Positions 1 through 8,669 of a stretch of DNA of 64,000 nucleotides are shown here, one piece after another. Each line of letters opens with the position of its first letter. The first letter of the stretch is position 1. A model generated the notes under the pieces. The model saw only the letters and a list, made by a program, of their open reading frames with translations, was not told the DNA's origin and made no database searches. The stretch is from positions 3,128-67,127 of IMG/VR virus record IMGVR_UViG_3300047547_000161; one strand, written 5' to 3'. A program made the translations under genes and the position numbers. This stretch comes from a virus.

Positions 1-1
1 T

Positions 2-1249
2 CCAGAAAGACGTGTCTATAAAATCTACGTTGGTAACATTGACGATGCTGATGTACCAGCATATGTTGATGCTATTGCTGATAGATTTAAGCGTATACCA
101 GTAATTGACCCTCAAACTGGTCAAATGGATTTGAGGTTAAACCAATTGGCGAATGACCAAGACTATTTCATACCTGTTCGTACTGAAGATGCACCAAACC
201 CTATTGATACTTTACCAGGTGCTCAAAACCTTGACCAAATAGCCGATATCGAATATCTAAGAAGCAACTTGTTTACCGCTCTTAGGGTACCTAAACCATT
301 CTTAGGTTTTGATGAAACCAATGGTGAAGGTAAAAATTTAGCGCTTCAAGATATTCGTTTTTCAAGAACAATCAACCGTATCCAACAAGCAATTTTGCAA
401 GAACTAAATAAAATTGCAATCATACATTTATTCTTGTTAGGGTTTGAAGAGGATTTTGATAACTTCACACTTACTCTTAATAACCCATCAACTCAAGCCG
501 AAATGCTTAAGATTGAGCACTTGCAAAATAAGGTTACACTATTCAAAGACGCTGTTTCTGATGCTGGTAATGGTTTTGCTGCGATGTCAATGACCAAAGC
601 AAAACGAGAAATTTTGGGTATGTCTGATGATGAAATTAAACAAGATTTACTTGAGCAACGTATGGAAAAAGCAGCTGCTGCTGAGCTTGCTAGAACTGAA
701 GGTGTTATTAAACATACAGGTGTATTTGATGTTGTAGATAGGATTTATGGTGATATGAATGCGGCAATCAACGGTGGTGGTAACCCTGCTGGTGGTGAAG
801 AAGGTGAAGGTGGCGCTGGAGGCGGCGGTGGACTAGGTGGTTCATTTGGCGGCGGTGGCGTAGGTGGTGAAGACTTAAATTTTGGTGAAGAAGGTGAAGA
901 CGAAGCTTCAACAGAAGCTGGTGGTGAAACTGGCGCTGCTGATGACTTGGAAGGTGGTGCAGAAGCTGAAGCTGGCGCAGAAGACCAAGAATTAGCGGAC
1001 ACTGAAAATTTAGCCGAATCAATTAGAAAAACTGATAAATTATTGAAAGAGCAAAAATTAGCCCTAAACGAAAAACTAAAAAATAGAGCTAAAAAATACA
1101 AAGGCAGATTTGTTGATGTTTTGATTGAATCAATTAAGCCAGATGGGAAACCAACTGTTGAAAAGGTAAAGATTTACGATAAAAGTATGAAAATCAATAA
1201 TGATGTCAATGATATGATTAACGGTATCAATAAAATGTTAGGTGAATAA
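2..1249 (+). CDS. gp20: Portal protein, T4 gp20-like (5' end outside the window)
   Basis: The frame is open from base 2: PERRVYKIYVGN...DQDYFIPVR...IDTLPGAQNLDQIADIEYLRSNLFTALRVP...DIRFSRTINRIQ are gp20-family motifs. Upstream of protease, scaffold and capsid genes. Confidence 0.93.
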   Translation, partial: PERRVYKIYVGNIDDADVPAYVDAIADRFKRIPVIDPQTGQMDLRLNQLANDQDYFIPVRTEDAPNPIDTLPGAQNLDQIADIEYLRSNLFTALRVPKPFLGFDETNGEGKNLALQDIRFSRTINRIQQAILQELNKIAIIHLFLLGFEEDFDNFTLTLNNPSTQAEMLKIEHLQNKVTLFKDAVSDAGNGFAAMSMTKAKREILGMSDDEIKQDLLEQRMEKAAAAELARTEGVIKHTGVFDVVDRIYGDMNAAINGGGNPAGGEEGEGGAGGGGGLGGSFGGGGVGGEDLNFGEEGEDEASTEAGGETGAADDLEGGAEAEAGAEDQELADTENLAESIRKTDKLLKEQKLALNEKLKNRAKKYKGRFVDVLIESIKPDGKPTVEKVKIYDKSMKINNDVNDMINGINKMLGE

Positions 1250-1269
1250 GGCTTTTTAAGATATTATTC

Positions 1270-1277
1270 ATATTTAT
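1270..1277 (+). promoter_or_regulatory. Putative late promoter motif ATATTTAT
   Basis: 14 nt upstream of the ATG at 1292; the same 8-mer precedes 13 genes in the window. Confidence 0.7.
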
Positions 1278-1291
1278 TATTAAATTGAACA

Positions 1292-2071
1292 ATGGCAGAT
1301 ATCACAAACATATCAAAAAATTTTGGAATCATTAAAACAGCTTATAATAATTTGCTGTCAGAGGCTATTACTTCAAAAAATGACGCAAATAAAGGGTTAT
1401 TTAAGAAGTACGTTAAGTCTATAAAAGAAAATGAAATTCTAAAAACTCAGTTTTTGGTTTACACAAATATTGAGAATAAGGTTGAGTCAGATGTTGAGAA
1501 AGCAAGAATGTTTGTAAAAGAAAATATCGAACTTTTTAATAAGTTCGATAAAAATGAAATATTGGAGGCGAATGCCAAATTAGCCAAAGATATTTTATTT
1601 GAAGAAAATCCAGAAACCAATGAATTGTATGAAAATATAACAACATTGATTTTTACAGCTAAGCATCCTCTAACAGTTGACAAAATTGTTGAAGCTACTA
1701 GTAACGTGGTAAACTACATCATTAACAACAAACCTAAGGTTGTTAGTGAATCAATAGATTTACCACCTAGTTTGGTTTCAAGAATCCTTATTGATAAATT
1801 CAACGAAAGGTATTCAACATTAGACGAATCAGAAAGAAAAATGATTTCGGTAGTTATTGAATCTACAGATGTTGAGAAAGCTGAAGCGTATAATATGGTA
1901 TTAAGTGAGTGTTTGGGTTTAATAAATGAACAACTAAACACTAGTGACTTAGAATTGAAGGACAAGTTACTTAGAGTTAAAGAAAAACTTTTAAATGACA
2001 AGAAGGAAATCAACGAAGATTTTGTTAAGAATTTATCAAAATTGGTTGAGTTGAGGGACAACTTGAAATAA
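1292..2071 (+). CDS. Hypothetical protein, possibly prohead core component
   Basis: 259 aa helical K/E-rich ORF between portal and protease, where T4 has core genes 67/68; late motif upstream. Confidence 0.6.
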   Translation: MADITNISKNFGIIKTAYNNLLSEAITSKNDANKGLFKKYVKSIKENEILKTQFLVYTNIENKVESDVEKARMFVKENIELFNKFDKNEILEANAKLAKDILFEENPETNELYENITTLIFTAKHPLTVDKIVEATSNVVNYIINNKPKVVSESIDLPPSLVSRILIDKFNERYSTLDESERKMISVVIESTDVEKAEAYNMVLSECLGLINEQLNTSDLELKDKLLRVKEKLLNDKKEINEDFVKNLSKLVELRDNLK

Positions 2072-2165
2072 TTAAAGTTGGTGTTTTATGGTTAGTGTTG
2101 GTGCTAACCAAAAAGATTAGATTGGACAACCAATCATTATTTGACTATAAAAACTGTTACTGAAA

Positions 2166-2822
2166 ATGAAAGAAATTCTTGTTGCATTATCCCCAATATT
2201 GGTGGCTGTACTTACCGCTATTATTGGTCCATCAATATTAGAATGGGTAAAATCAAAGTTTGCAAAAAACAAAGAGAACAAAGTAAAAAAAGAAGAAAAA
2301 GATAGTGGATTGATGTTTTCATTGACCCTTAATAAGTTTAACATTTTAAAAGACACTATTGAAGAATTGTTTGCAAAAACCAAAGTTGATAGGTTTTTGA
2401 TTCTTGTTGCAAAAAATGGCAAGGAAGATTTTAAATTCGCCACGGCTATCTATGAACAACATGCTGACAATGATAAGGTAAAACTATCATTTGGTGCTGT
2501 TGGGAAATATGTTGATTTCCAGTTTGACGATAATTACCGTCAAATTTTAAAAGAAGCTGAGATTAAGGGATTATATCGTTTTGATGTTGACAAGGAGCCA
2601 GATTCAGACTTAAAAAATATCTACATATCCGAGGGGGTTAATTATTCAACAATTTACTTCCTTAAGAGAATTAAAAATTATGATGGTGAAGACAACGATT
2701 GTATACTATATTCATCATTTGCCACACACGATACTGAAGCTTTTTCACCTAATGACCACATAAATAAAAAATTGGTTGTTAATAAAATAAAGGCTGATGT
2801 TATTGACGAAATAGAGTTCTAA
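2166..2822 (+). CDS. Single-TM membrane protein, possible T4 T-like holin
   Basis: Hydrophobic N-terminus ILVALSPILVAVLTAIIGPSILEW, then a Lys-rich stretch and a soluble alpha/beta domain (IEELFAKTKVDRFLILVAKNG); 218 aa. Confidence 0.45.
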   Translation: MKEILVALSPILVAVLTAIIGPSILEWVKSKFAKNKENKVKKEEKDSGLMFSLTLNKFNILKDTIEELFAKTKVDRFLILVAKNGKEDFKFATAIYEQHADNDKVKLSFGAVGKYVDFQFDDNYRQILKEAEIKGLYRFDVDKEPDSDLKNIYISEGVNYSTIYFLKRIKNYDGEDNDCILYSSFATHDTEAFSPNDHINKKLVVNKIKADVIDEIEF

Positions 2823-2831
2823 CACACCAGG

Positions 2832-2861
2832 TTGACTTTTCCTTATAAATTCGTATATTTG
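2832..2861 (+). promoter_or_regulatory. Bacteroidota-type housekeeping promoter
   Basis: TTG(2832)-N19-TATATTTG(2854-2861), 14 nt before the ATG at 2876. Confidence 0.7.
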
Positions 2862-2875
2862 TAAAAAACAGTTAT

Positions 2876-3316
2876 ATGAAAACAGGAAAAGAAATGAAGA
2901 CCAACTCTTTTAAAGAGTTTAACGTGGTTTATGGCAGTGTGGATAATAAGAATCCTAAAGCTGTTTACATAAACATATCATCGTGGTTAGAACCGCTACA
3001 TGATGGCGATATAAACTATAATCGCGCTATACGAAACATCAACAAAAAACTTAAGCAATCATTATACGCATTTGATTCAAGTGGGTATTGTTGTTTTATA
3101 AAGGATAGAACTATAGTTGATTTAGACATCAGAGAATCAGGGATTAGGTTTGGAAAAAGAAGCTTTATGAATTGCGAAGTAACATTATTTTCAACCATAG
3201 AGATACCAGTCAATGATGATAGTATGAAAGAGACTATGATGACATTCATTGAACACATCATAGATGATGTTTTGAAGAAGAATGAATATTTTTCATTCAA
3301 CAAGAAAAAGAAATAA
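2876..3316 (+). CDS. Hypothetical protein
   Basis: 146 aa ORF with its own promoter and terminator. Confidence 0.75.
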   Translation: MKTGKEMKTNSFKEFNVVYGSVDNKNPKAVYINISSWLEPLHDGDINYNRAIRNINKKLKQSLYAFDSSGYCCFIKDRTIVDLDIRESGIRFGKRSFMNCEVTLFSTIEIPVNDDSMKETMMTFIEHIIDDVLKKNEYFSFNKKKK

Positions 3317-3318
3317 GA

Positions 3319-3352
3319 AAGGCCCCAATCACTGGATTGGGGCTTTTTCTTT
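3319..3352 (+). terminator. Rho-independent terminator
   Basis: GCCCCAATC-actg-GATTGGGGC hairpin followed by TTTTTCTTT. Confidence 0.85.
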
Positions 3353-3360
3353 ATATCCAT

Positions 3361-3368
3361 ATATTTAT
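3361..3368 (+). promoter_or_regulatory. Putative late promoter motif ATATTTAT
   Basis: Between the terminator and the protease ATG at 3390. Confidence 0.7.
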
Positions 3369-3389
3369 TTGTATACAAGCTAGCAAATT

Positions 3390-4112
3390 ATGGATATAAA
3401 CTATAACAACTTAAAAGTACTTAAGCGTGGCCAAACAGGTTTCGGTTATCTTATCGAACACGATGCTGGGTACATTAGTCCTGATGAACCAAGGAACCAG
3501 CCATTCATCAATGAGATAAAAAAATTGGACACTGGTAAAATGGTGTTGGCCGAGCCACTTATTGTTTACGTTATCCTTCAAAAGTATGGTGTCCTTAATC
3601 GTAATGGTCGTGTTTATTCTGAACAACTTTTAAAAAGACAAAACGAACTTTATCAAACAGCTATTAAAGAAAGAGCTGCAATAGGTGAATTGGACCACCC
3701 AGAATCAAGTATTATAGCTGGTGATAGAATTTCTCACAACATTATTGAAACATGGTGGGAAGGTAATACGCTTATGGGTAAGATGGAAATCTTAATGTCG
3801 CCAGGTTTTATCAATTACGGTATTGTATCAACAAAGGGTGATGAAGTCGCAAACCTTCTTAGACACAGAATTAAAATTGGTGTGTCATCACGTGGTGTTG
3901 GTTCATTAAAAGAAGGTCGTAATGGTGAACAAATCGTACAAGATGACTTTGAATTGATTTGTTGGGATATTGTTACAGCGCCATCAACACCAGATGCGTG
4001 GATATTTAAAAACCACGGAGAAGCTAGACATTTCGCTGAAAATATTGAAGAAAAGAAGAATATTGTTAGTGAATCATTGACTGACAAGTTGAGTAATTTT
4101 TTAAATGATTAA
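3390..4112 (+). CDS. gp21: Prohead core protease, T4 gp21-like
   Basis: NRNGRVY, GELDHP (catalytic His), GVSSRGVGSL (catalytic Ser), DDFELICWDIVTAPSTPDA. Confidence 0.95.
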   Translation: MDINYNNLKVLKRGQTGFGYLIEHDAGYISPDEPRNQPFINEIKKLDTGKMVLAEPLIVYVILQKYGVLNRNGRVYSEQLLKRQNELYQTAIKERAAIGELDHPESSIIAGDRISHNIIETWWEGNTLMGKMEILMSPGFINYGIVSTKGDEVANLLRHRIKIGVSSRGVGSLKEGRNGEQIVQDDFELICWDIVTAPSTPDAWIFKNHGEARHFAENIEEKKNIVSESLTDKLSNFLND

Positions 4113-4161
4113 AAAATTTTTTTGAAAAAGCCGTTTTTTATGTCTTTTCAAAATATACCAT

Positions 4162-4169
4162 ATATTTAT
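4162..4169 (+). promoter_or_regulatory. Putative late promoter motif ATATTTAT for the scaffold-capsid unit
   Basis: Intergenic; followed by a small hairpin AGGTAA-tatt-TTACCT (4179-4194). Confidence 0.65.
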
Positions 4170-4217
4170 TATCAAATAAGGTAATATTTTACCTATGTTT
4201 AACATTAACAAACAAAA

Positions 4218-5471
4218 ATGAATAACAAAAAAACATTGCTTGAGGAAGCGCTTTTAGATATCGAACATATCAAAAACGCACTCAATGCCAACACAAAAGA
4301 AATACTTCGTTCGGTTTCGAAAGAAGAAATTGATGCTGTTGTAAAAGAGTCTCTTGCTCAAGAGGCTTACACTGAAGAAACAATCCCAATGGATGAACCA
4401 GAAATGGAACCAGAAATGGGGGGTGATTCTTTAGAGATGACAGATGTTGAATCCCCAGAAGGTTTGGGTGGTGAAGAAGCCCCAGAAATGGATATGGCTC
4501 CAGTAGCTGGTACAGACGAATTAGGAATGGATGGTTTACCATCGGATGAAATGGATTTGACTGATGCGTCAGATGACGATGTTATCGCAGTTTACAAAAA
4601 ACTAAGCGGTGAAGATGAAATCGAAATCGTTGGTGATGAAATTCACTTAAATGTATCACAGCCAGGTGAGTACGTAATCAAAACATCAGATGTTGACACA
4701 ATGCCAACAGGTGACATGGCTCCAGAAATGGGTGGCGAAATGGAACCAGAAATGGGTGGTGAAGACGATGTAGATTACGAAATCGAAATGGATGATGACG
4801 CTGAAGGTTCTGAAGAAGCACCAGAAGGTGGTGAAGAAGAAGAAGCTGGTGAAGAATCAGCTGAAACTGAAACCCCAGAAGGTGGTGAAGAAGAATCAGG
4901 TGAAGAGGAAGAAGAAGAAACTATTGATGAAAAAATTGCTGTAGGTACAGGTATGAGTGTGGGTAACCACAGAAACCCAACTACTGCTGGTTCAATAGGT
5001 GCTGCTGAAAACCCTAAATCAATCATGAACGAATCAGTAGCTGCTAAGAAATTAGTTTCTGAAACAACAAAAAAATATAACGCTCTATTGACTGAAGCTA
5101 AAAAACTTAAAACTGAAAATGAAGAATTCAGAAAGGTTCTTAAGCAATTTAGAACACAGTTGGTTGAGACGGTAGTATTCAACAGCAATTTGAGTTACGT
5201 AACCAGATTGTTCACTGATTATTCTACAACAAAAGCTGAGAAGCAAAGCATTATCAAAAGATTTGACGAAGGTGTTTCAACACTTGCTGAATCTAAGAAA
5301 CTCTACAAGACAATTATTAACGAATTGGAATCTAGAAAGAGCATTGCTGAATCAGTTGAAAGCAAAATCGTTAAAGAGTCAACATCTAGTTCTTCAAAAC
5401 AATTAAATGAAACAACTGCATATGTTGACCCATCAACCAAGAGAATCTTGGAATTGATGAAAATAAAATAA
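4218..5471 (+). CDS. Prohead scaffold/core protein, gp22-like
   Basis: Very acidic low-complexity N-terminal half plus C-terminal coiled coil, many L/I/V-x-E sites; lies between protease and capsid genes. Confidence 0.8.
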   Translation: MNNKKTLLEEALLDIEHIKNALNANTKEILRSVSKEEIDAVVKESLAQEAYTEETIPMDEPEMEPEMGGDSLEMTDVESPEGLGGEEAPEMDMAPVAGTDELGMDGLPSDEMDLTDASDDDVIAVYKKLSGEDEIEIVGDEIHLNVSQPGEYVIKTSDVDTMPTGDMAPEMGGEMEPEMGGEDDVDYEIEMDDDAEGSEEAPEGGEEEEAGEESAETETPEGGEEESGEEEEEETIDEKIAVGTGMSVGNHRNPTTAGSIGAAENPKSIMNESVAAKKLVSETTKKYNALLTEAKKLKTENEEFRKVLKQFRTQLVETVVFNSNLSYVTRLFTDYSTTKAEKQSIIKRFDEGVSTLAESKKLYKTIINELESRKSIAESVESKIVKESTSSSSKQLNETTAYVDPSTKRILELMKIK

Positions 5472-5504
5472 AATAACCAAAACCAAACAAATAAACAGAA
5501 AATT

Positions 5505-7382
5505 ATGTCACATTTATTGACTTCTGGACAAGTAGGTAACATCGGATTGAATCACATGAAAGCAATCCGTCAAGAAACCCAAGCAAAATGGGATTCTTTA
5601 GGTTTCCTTGAGGGTCTTAAAGGCCACGTAAAAGAAAACATCGCACAGTTGTACGAAAACCAAGCTTCTAGCTTGTTGACTGAATCAACTACTGCGCAAT
5701 CATCAGGTTCTTTCGAAACTGTTGTATTCCCAATCGTAAGACGTGTGTTCTCTAAACTTTTAGCGAACGATATCGTATCAGTACAAGCTATGAACATGCC
5801 AATCGGTAAGTTGTTCTTCTTCGTACCACAAACTTCTAGCCGTGTTAACGGTTCAGGTGTTGCTGGTAACGACTACGCTACAACTAACTCATCTGATGTG
5901 TACGGTACTACTTACTCAGCTCACACTGGTCTTAACGGTATGCACGATGGTACCGCTACTTCAGCTGCATTGCCAGTTGCTGTAACTAAAGCATCTACTC
6001 CGTTGACACAATGGGCAGCTAAGAACCTTTACGATATATTCTATAACGATGGTTTGTTCGACAACTCAAAAGGTACTCTTACAATCGTTGCTATGAACGT
6101 ATCTGGTCTTAACGCTTACACATTGAACAGTTCAGGTGAATTCGTTGTATCAGCTCCAGCTTCTACTCAACCAACAGCTACTGATGGTTCTGTAAGAGAA
6201 ATCATCATCGGTCTTTCAGGTTTCACTGGCGGTGCAGGTTCTGCAAACGGTCGTGAAGTATTGACTGGTCCTGATGGTAACAACATGGACACTGAGTCAT
6301 TCTTGGCTTCATTGCACGTTGTAACAACTAACGCTATCCTTGACCGTGACGGTAACACAATTATCGCTGCTAACAAGGAAGTTCCTTTCCGTGTAGTTAC
6401 ACAAAAATACGGACAAGGTATTGTAACATCATCATCATATAGCCCAGCTAATGTAATGTATGTTGCTCTTGACCTTCGTCACCCAGTAGGTACTACCGCT
6501 TCAGGTACTGCTAACGCTGGTACATCAACTTACGATGGTTATATAGGTGCTTCTGCTACTACTACATCTGCTTTCACAACAACAGCTGGTCTTCAGTTCG
6601 CATGGGCTGAGTACGAGTCTCTTGAACTTGAAACTGAACTTGGTGAAGTTTCATTCAGATTGGACGAAGTTGTTGTATCTGTTGAAGAAAGAAAATTACG
6701 TGCAACATGGTCACCAGAATTGGCGCAAGACGTTAGTGCATTCCACAACATTGACGCTGAAGCTGAATTGACTGCGATGTTGTCTGAACAAGTTGCGGCA
6801 GAAATTGACCGTGAAATCTTGAGAGACCTTCGTAAAGCTGCTGCATGGCAATTGCGTTGGGACTATAACGGTTGGAGAAGAGCTTCTTCTGCTGCTAGCC
6901 CATACACTCAAAAAGACTGGAACCAAACTCTTATTACTAGAGTTAACCAATTGAGTGCTCAAATCCACAAATCAACCCTTCGTGGTGGTGCAAACTTCAT
7001 CGTTGTATCTTCAGAAATCTCTGCGATTTTCGATGACCTTGAATACTTCCACGTATCTGACGCGAACCCAGAACAAGACCAATACAACATGGGTATTGAA
7101 AGAATTGGTACATTAAGCGGTCGTTACCAAGTGTATCGTGACCCTTATGCACCAGCTTACTCTATCATCGTTGGTCACAAAGGTAAGTCATTGTTGGACA
7201 CAGGTTACATTTACGCACCTTACGTGCCATTGCAACTTACACCAACTATGTATAACCCATTCAACTTCGCTCCAGTGAAGGGTATCATGACCCGTTACGC
7301 TAAAAAAGTTGTTAACAACAGATTCTACGGCCACGTGCGTGTAGACGGTGTTCCAACATTTGACGTAAACGAATTGAGATAA
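5505..7382 (+). CDS. gp23: Major capsid protein, T4 gp23-like
   Basis: PIVRRVF...VSVQAMNMPIGKLF, RKLRATWSPELAQDVSAFHNIDAEAELTAMLSEQVAAEIDREI, GYIYAPYVPL, KGIMTRY; strongly biased codon use. Confidence 0.97.
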   Translation: MSHLLTSGQVGNIGLNHMKAIRQETQAKWDSLGFLEGLKGHVKENIAQLYENQASSLLTESTTAQSSGSFETVVFPIVRRVFSKLLANDIVSVQAMNMPIGKLFFFVPQTSSRVNGSGVAGNDYATTNSSDVYGTTYSAHTGLNGMHDGTATSAALPVAVTKASTPLTQWAAKNLYDIFYNDGLFDNSKGTLTIVAMNVSGLNAYTLNSSGEFVVSAPASTQPTATDGSVREIIIGLSGFTGGAGSANGREVLTGPDGNNMDTESFLASLHVVTTNAILDRDGNTIIAANKEVPFRVVTQKYGQGIVTSSSYSPANVMYVALDLRHPVGTTASGTANAGTSTYDGYIGASATTTSAFTTTAGLQFAWAEYESLELETELGEVSFRLDEVVVSVEERKLRATWSPELAQDVSAFHNIDAEAELTAMLSEQVAAEIDREILRDLRKAAAWQLRWDYNGWRRASSAASPYTQKDWNQTLITRVNQLSAQIHKSTLRGGANFIVVSSEISAIFDDLEYFHVSDANPEQDQYNMGIERIGTLSGRYQVYRDPYAPAYSIIVGHKGKSLLDTGYIYAPYVPLQLTPTMYNPFNFAPVKGIMTRYAKKVVNNRFYGHVRVDGVPTFDVNELR

Positions 7383-7402
7383 TCTATTTAACTCTATAAA
7401 CT

Positions 7403-7433
7403 AAAAAAGGTGAGGATTTTCCTCACCTTTTTT
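7403..7433 (+). terminator. Rho-independent terminator after the capsid gene
   Basis: AAAAAAGGTGAGG-atttt-CCTCACCTTTTTT. Confidence 0.9.
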
Positions 7434-7446
7434 GTTTTATATCAAG

Positions 7447-7454
7447 ATATTTAT
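7447..7454 (+). promoter_or_regulatory. Putative late promoter motif ATATTTAT
   Basis: Right after the terminator and 4 nt before the ATG at 7459. Confidence 0.55.
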
Positions 7455-7458
7455 GTAT

Positions 7459-8088
7459 ATGAAAGAGACGATAAAAAAGTTACTTAGGGAAAATCTAGAT
7501 TATCAAGGTGAACACCAAGCGCCAGATAAGGATGATATACCAATCTATGACATGACCAAAGGTTTTCCAGAAGACATTTATTCAAATGAGGCTGTAAGGA
7601 TGTACGGTGAACATAGTGATGAATACTCAGACCAATATTCTTTAAGTGTTATCAATTCTGTTAGAAATAAACCAAAAGCTAAAGTTAAAATATATCGAGC
7701 AGTACCAAATGCTAACCATGATGTTGCTAAACAAATTAAAGAGCTTAGCGATATTGTCAACTACTATTATAAGTTTGGCTTCTTTCCGATGAGAAATAAA
7801 ATTGTAAGTGACTTAGAAGATAAGTATTATAACAGTATTCCAGATTATGAACAACGACAAGCTAAAGTATTGGATGATATAAAATCAGAGATAACTTCGT
7901 TGGAATCTAGCAAAGTAAAAGGTTTAGGTATAAATAATGGTGATTGGGTGACGATAAATCCAGACTATGCTAAATCACACGGTAAAAATAATTTGAACAA
8001 TAAGTTTAAAGTTATTACAAAAACAGTTCCAGCCTCTACGTTATTTACTTACGGAGATAGCATACATGAATGGGGGTATAATTTATGA
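7459..8088 (+). CDS. Putative ADP-ribosyltransferase-fold internal head protein
   Basis: Start revised from the TTG at 7432 (inside the terminator) to the ATG at 7459 (MKETIKKLLRENL). IYRAVP...GDWVT...SIHEWGY resemble the R-S/T-E motifs of ART domains. Confidence 0.55.
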   Translation: MKETIKKLLRENLDYQGEHQAPDKDDIPIYDMTKGFPEDIYSNEAVRMYGEHSDEYSDQYSLSVINSVRNKPKAKVKIYRAVPNANHDVAKQIKELSDIVNYYYKFGFFPMRNKIVSDLEDKYYNSIPDYEQRQAKVLDDIKSEITSLESSKVKGLGINNGDWVTINPDYAKSHGKNNLNNKFKVITKTVPASTLFTYGDSIHEWGYNL

Positions 8089-8615
8089 AAAAAATAATCA
8101 GACAATTACTAAGAGAAAACCTAGCGGTTAACGATATGGCAATATTGGTAACCGATTCATACATTATCCTAACCGATAAAACAGGAACCAATTTTTATGC
8201 TGTTGCGACTTATGAGAAAATAGAAAATGGTTTATATCACATACCAGCCATGGGTGCTGAAAAAGGCTACGGGTTTTATTTATTCAATATCATACTAACG
8301 CTCATTTCGCCAGAATATTTAATTGCTGATAGAGATTCATCAACTAGCGCTCTAGCAGCTAAAATGCTTCAGAGAGCTTATCAGGACCCAAACATTGAGC
8401 ATGTGACCCTAAATCCAGATGATAAAAATTACATGAAATATGATAGGGAATCACCAGAATATAATGCTATTGTAAACACTAAGTTTAGGATAAAGAAACC
8501 AATGAATGTGGCAAAAATGTTAGCTGACGGTAAGACCATCATGACCAAAAAGAAGATACCAATGGATGTTTGGAATGATAAAGCATTTGATTACTTCAGT
8601 AACAAATTAGGATAA
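8085..8615 (+). CDS. Hypothetical protein with possible GNAT-like fold, putative internal head protein
   Basis: ATGA-coupled to the upstream gene; leader MKKIIRQLLRENL; MGAEKGYGFYLF resembles the GNAT acetyl-CoA loop. Confidence 0.45.
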   Translation: MKKIIRQLLRENLAVNDMAILVTDSYIILTDKTGTNFYAVATYEKIENGLYHIPAMGAEKGYGFYLFNIILTLISPEYLIADRDSSTSALAAKMLQRAYQDPNIEHVTLNPDDKNYMKYDRESPEYNAIVNTKFRIKKPMNVAKMLADGKTIMTKKKIPMDVWNDKAFDYFSNKLG

Positions 8616-8617
8616 AT

Positions 8618-8645
8618 AATAAAGGGACCCATGGGTCCCTTTATT
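8618..8645. terminator. Bidirectional terminator, perfect 28 bp palindrome
   Basis: AATAAAGGGACCCATGGGTCCCTTTATT between convergent genes. Confidence 0.75.
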
Positions 8646-8669
8646 TATGCGTTAACTTTATAGTTGTTT

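Noticed and set aside
745-1101. Pro/Ser-rich minus-strand ORF
   Set aside because: Antisense shadow of the Gly/Glu-rich portal tail.
2072-2165. tRNA in the intergenic gap
   Set aside because: Only two short hairpins; no cloverleaf or T-loop GTTC. No tRNA was recognised anywhere in the window.
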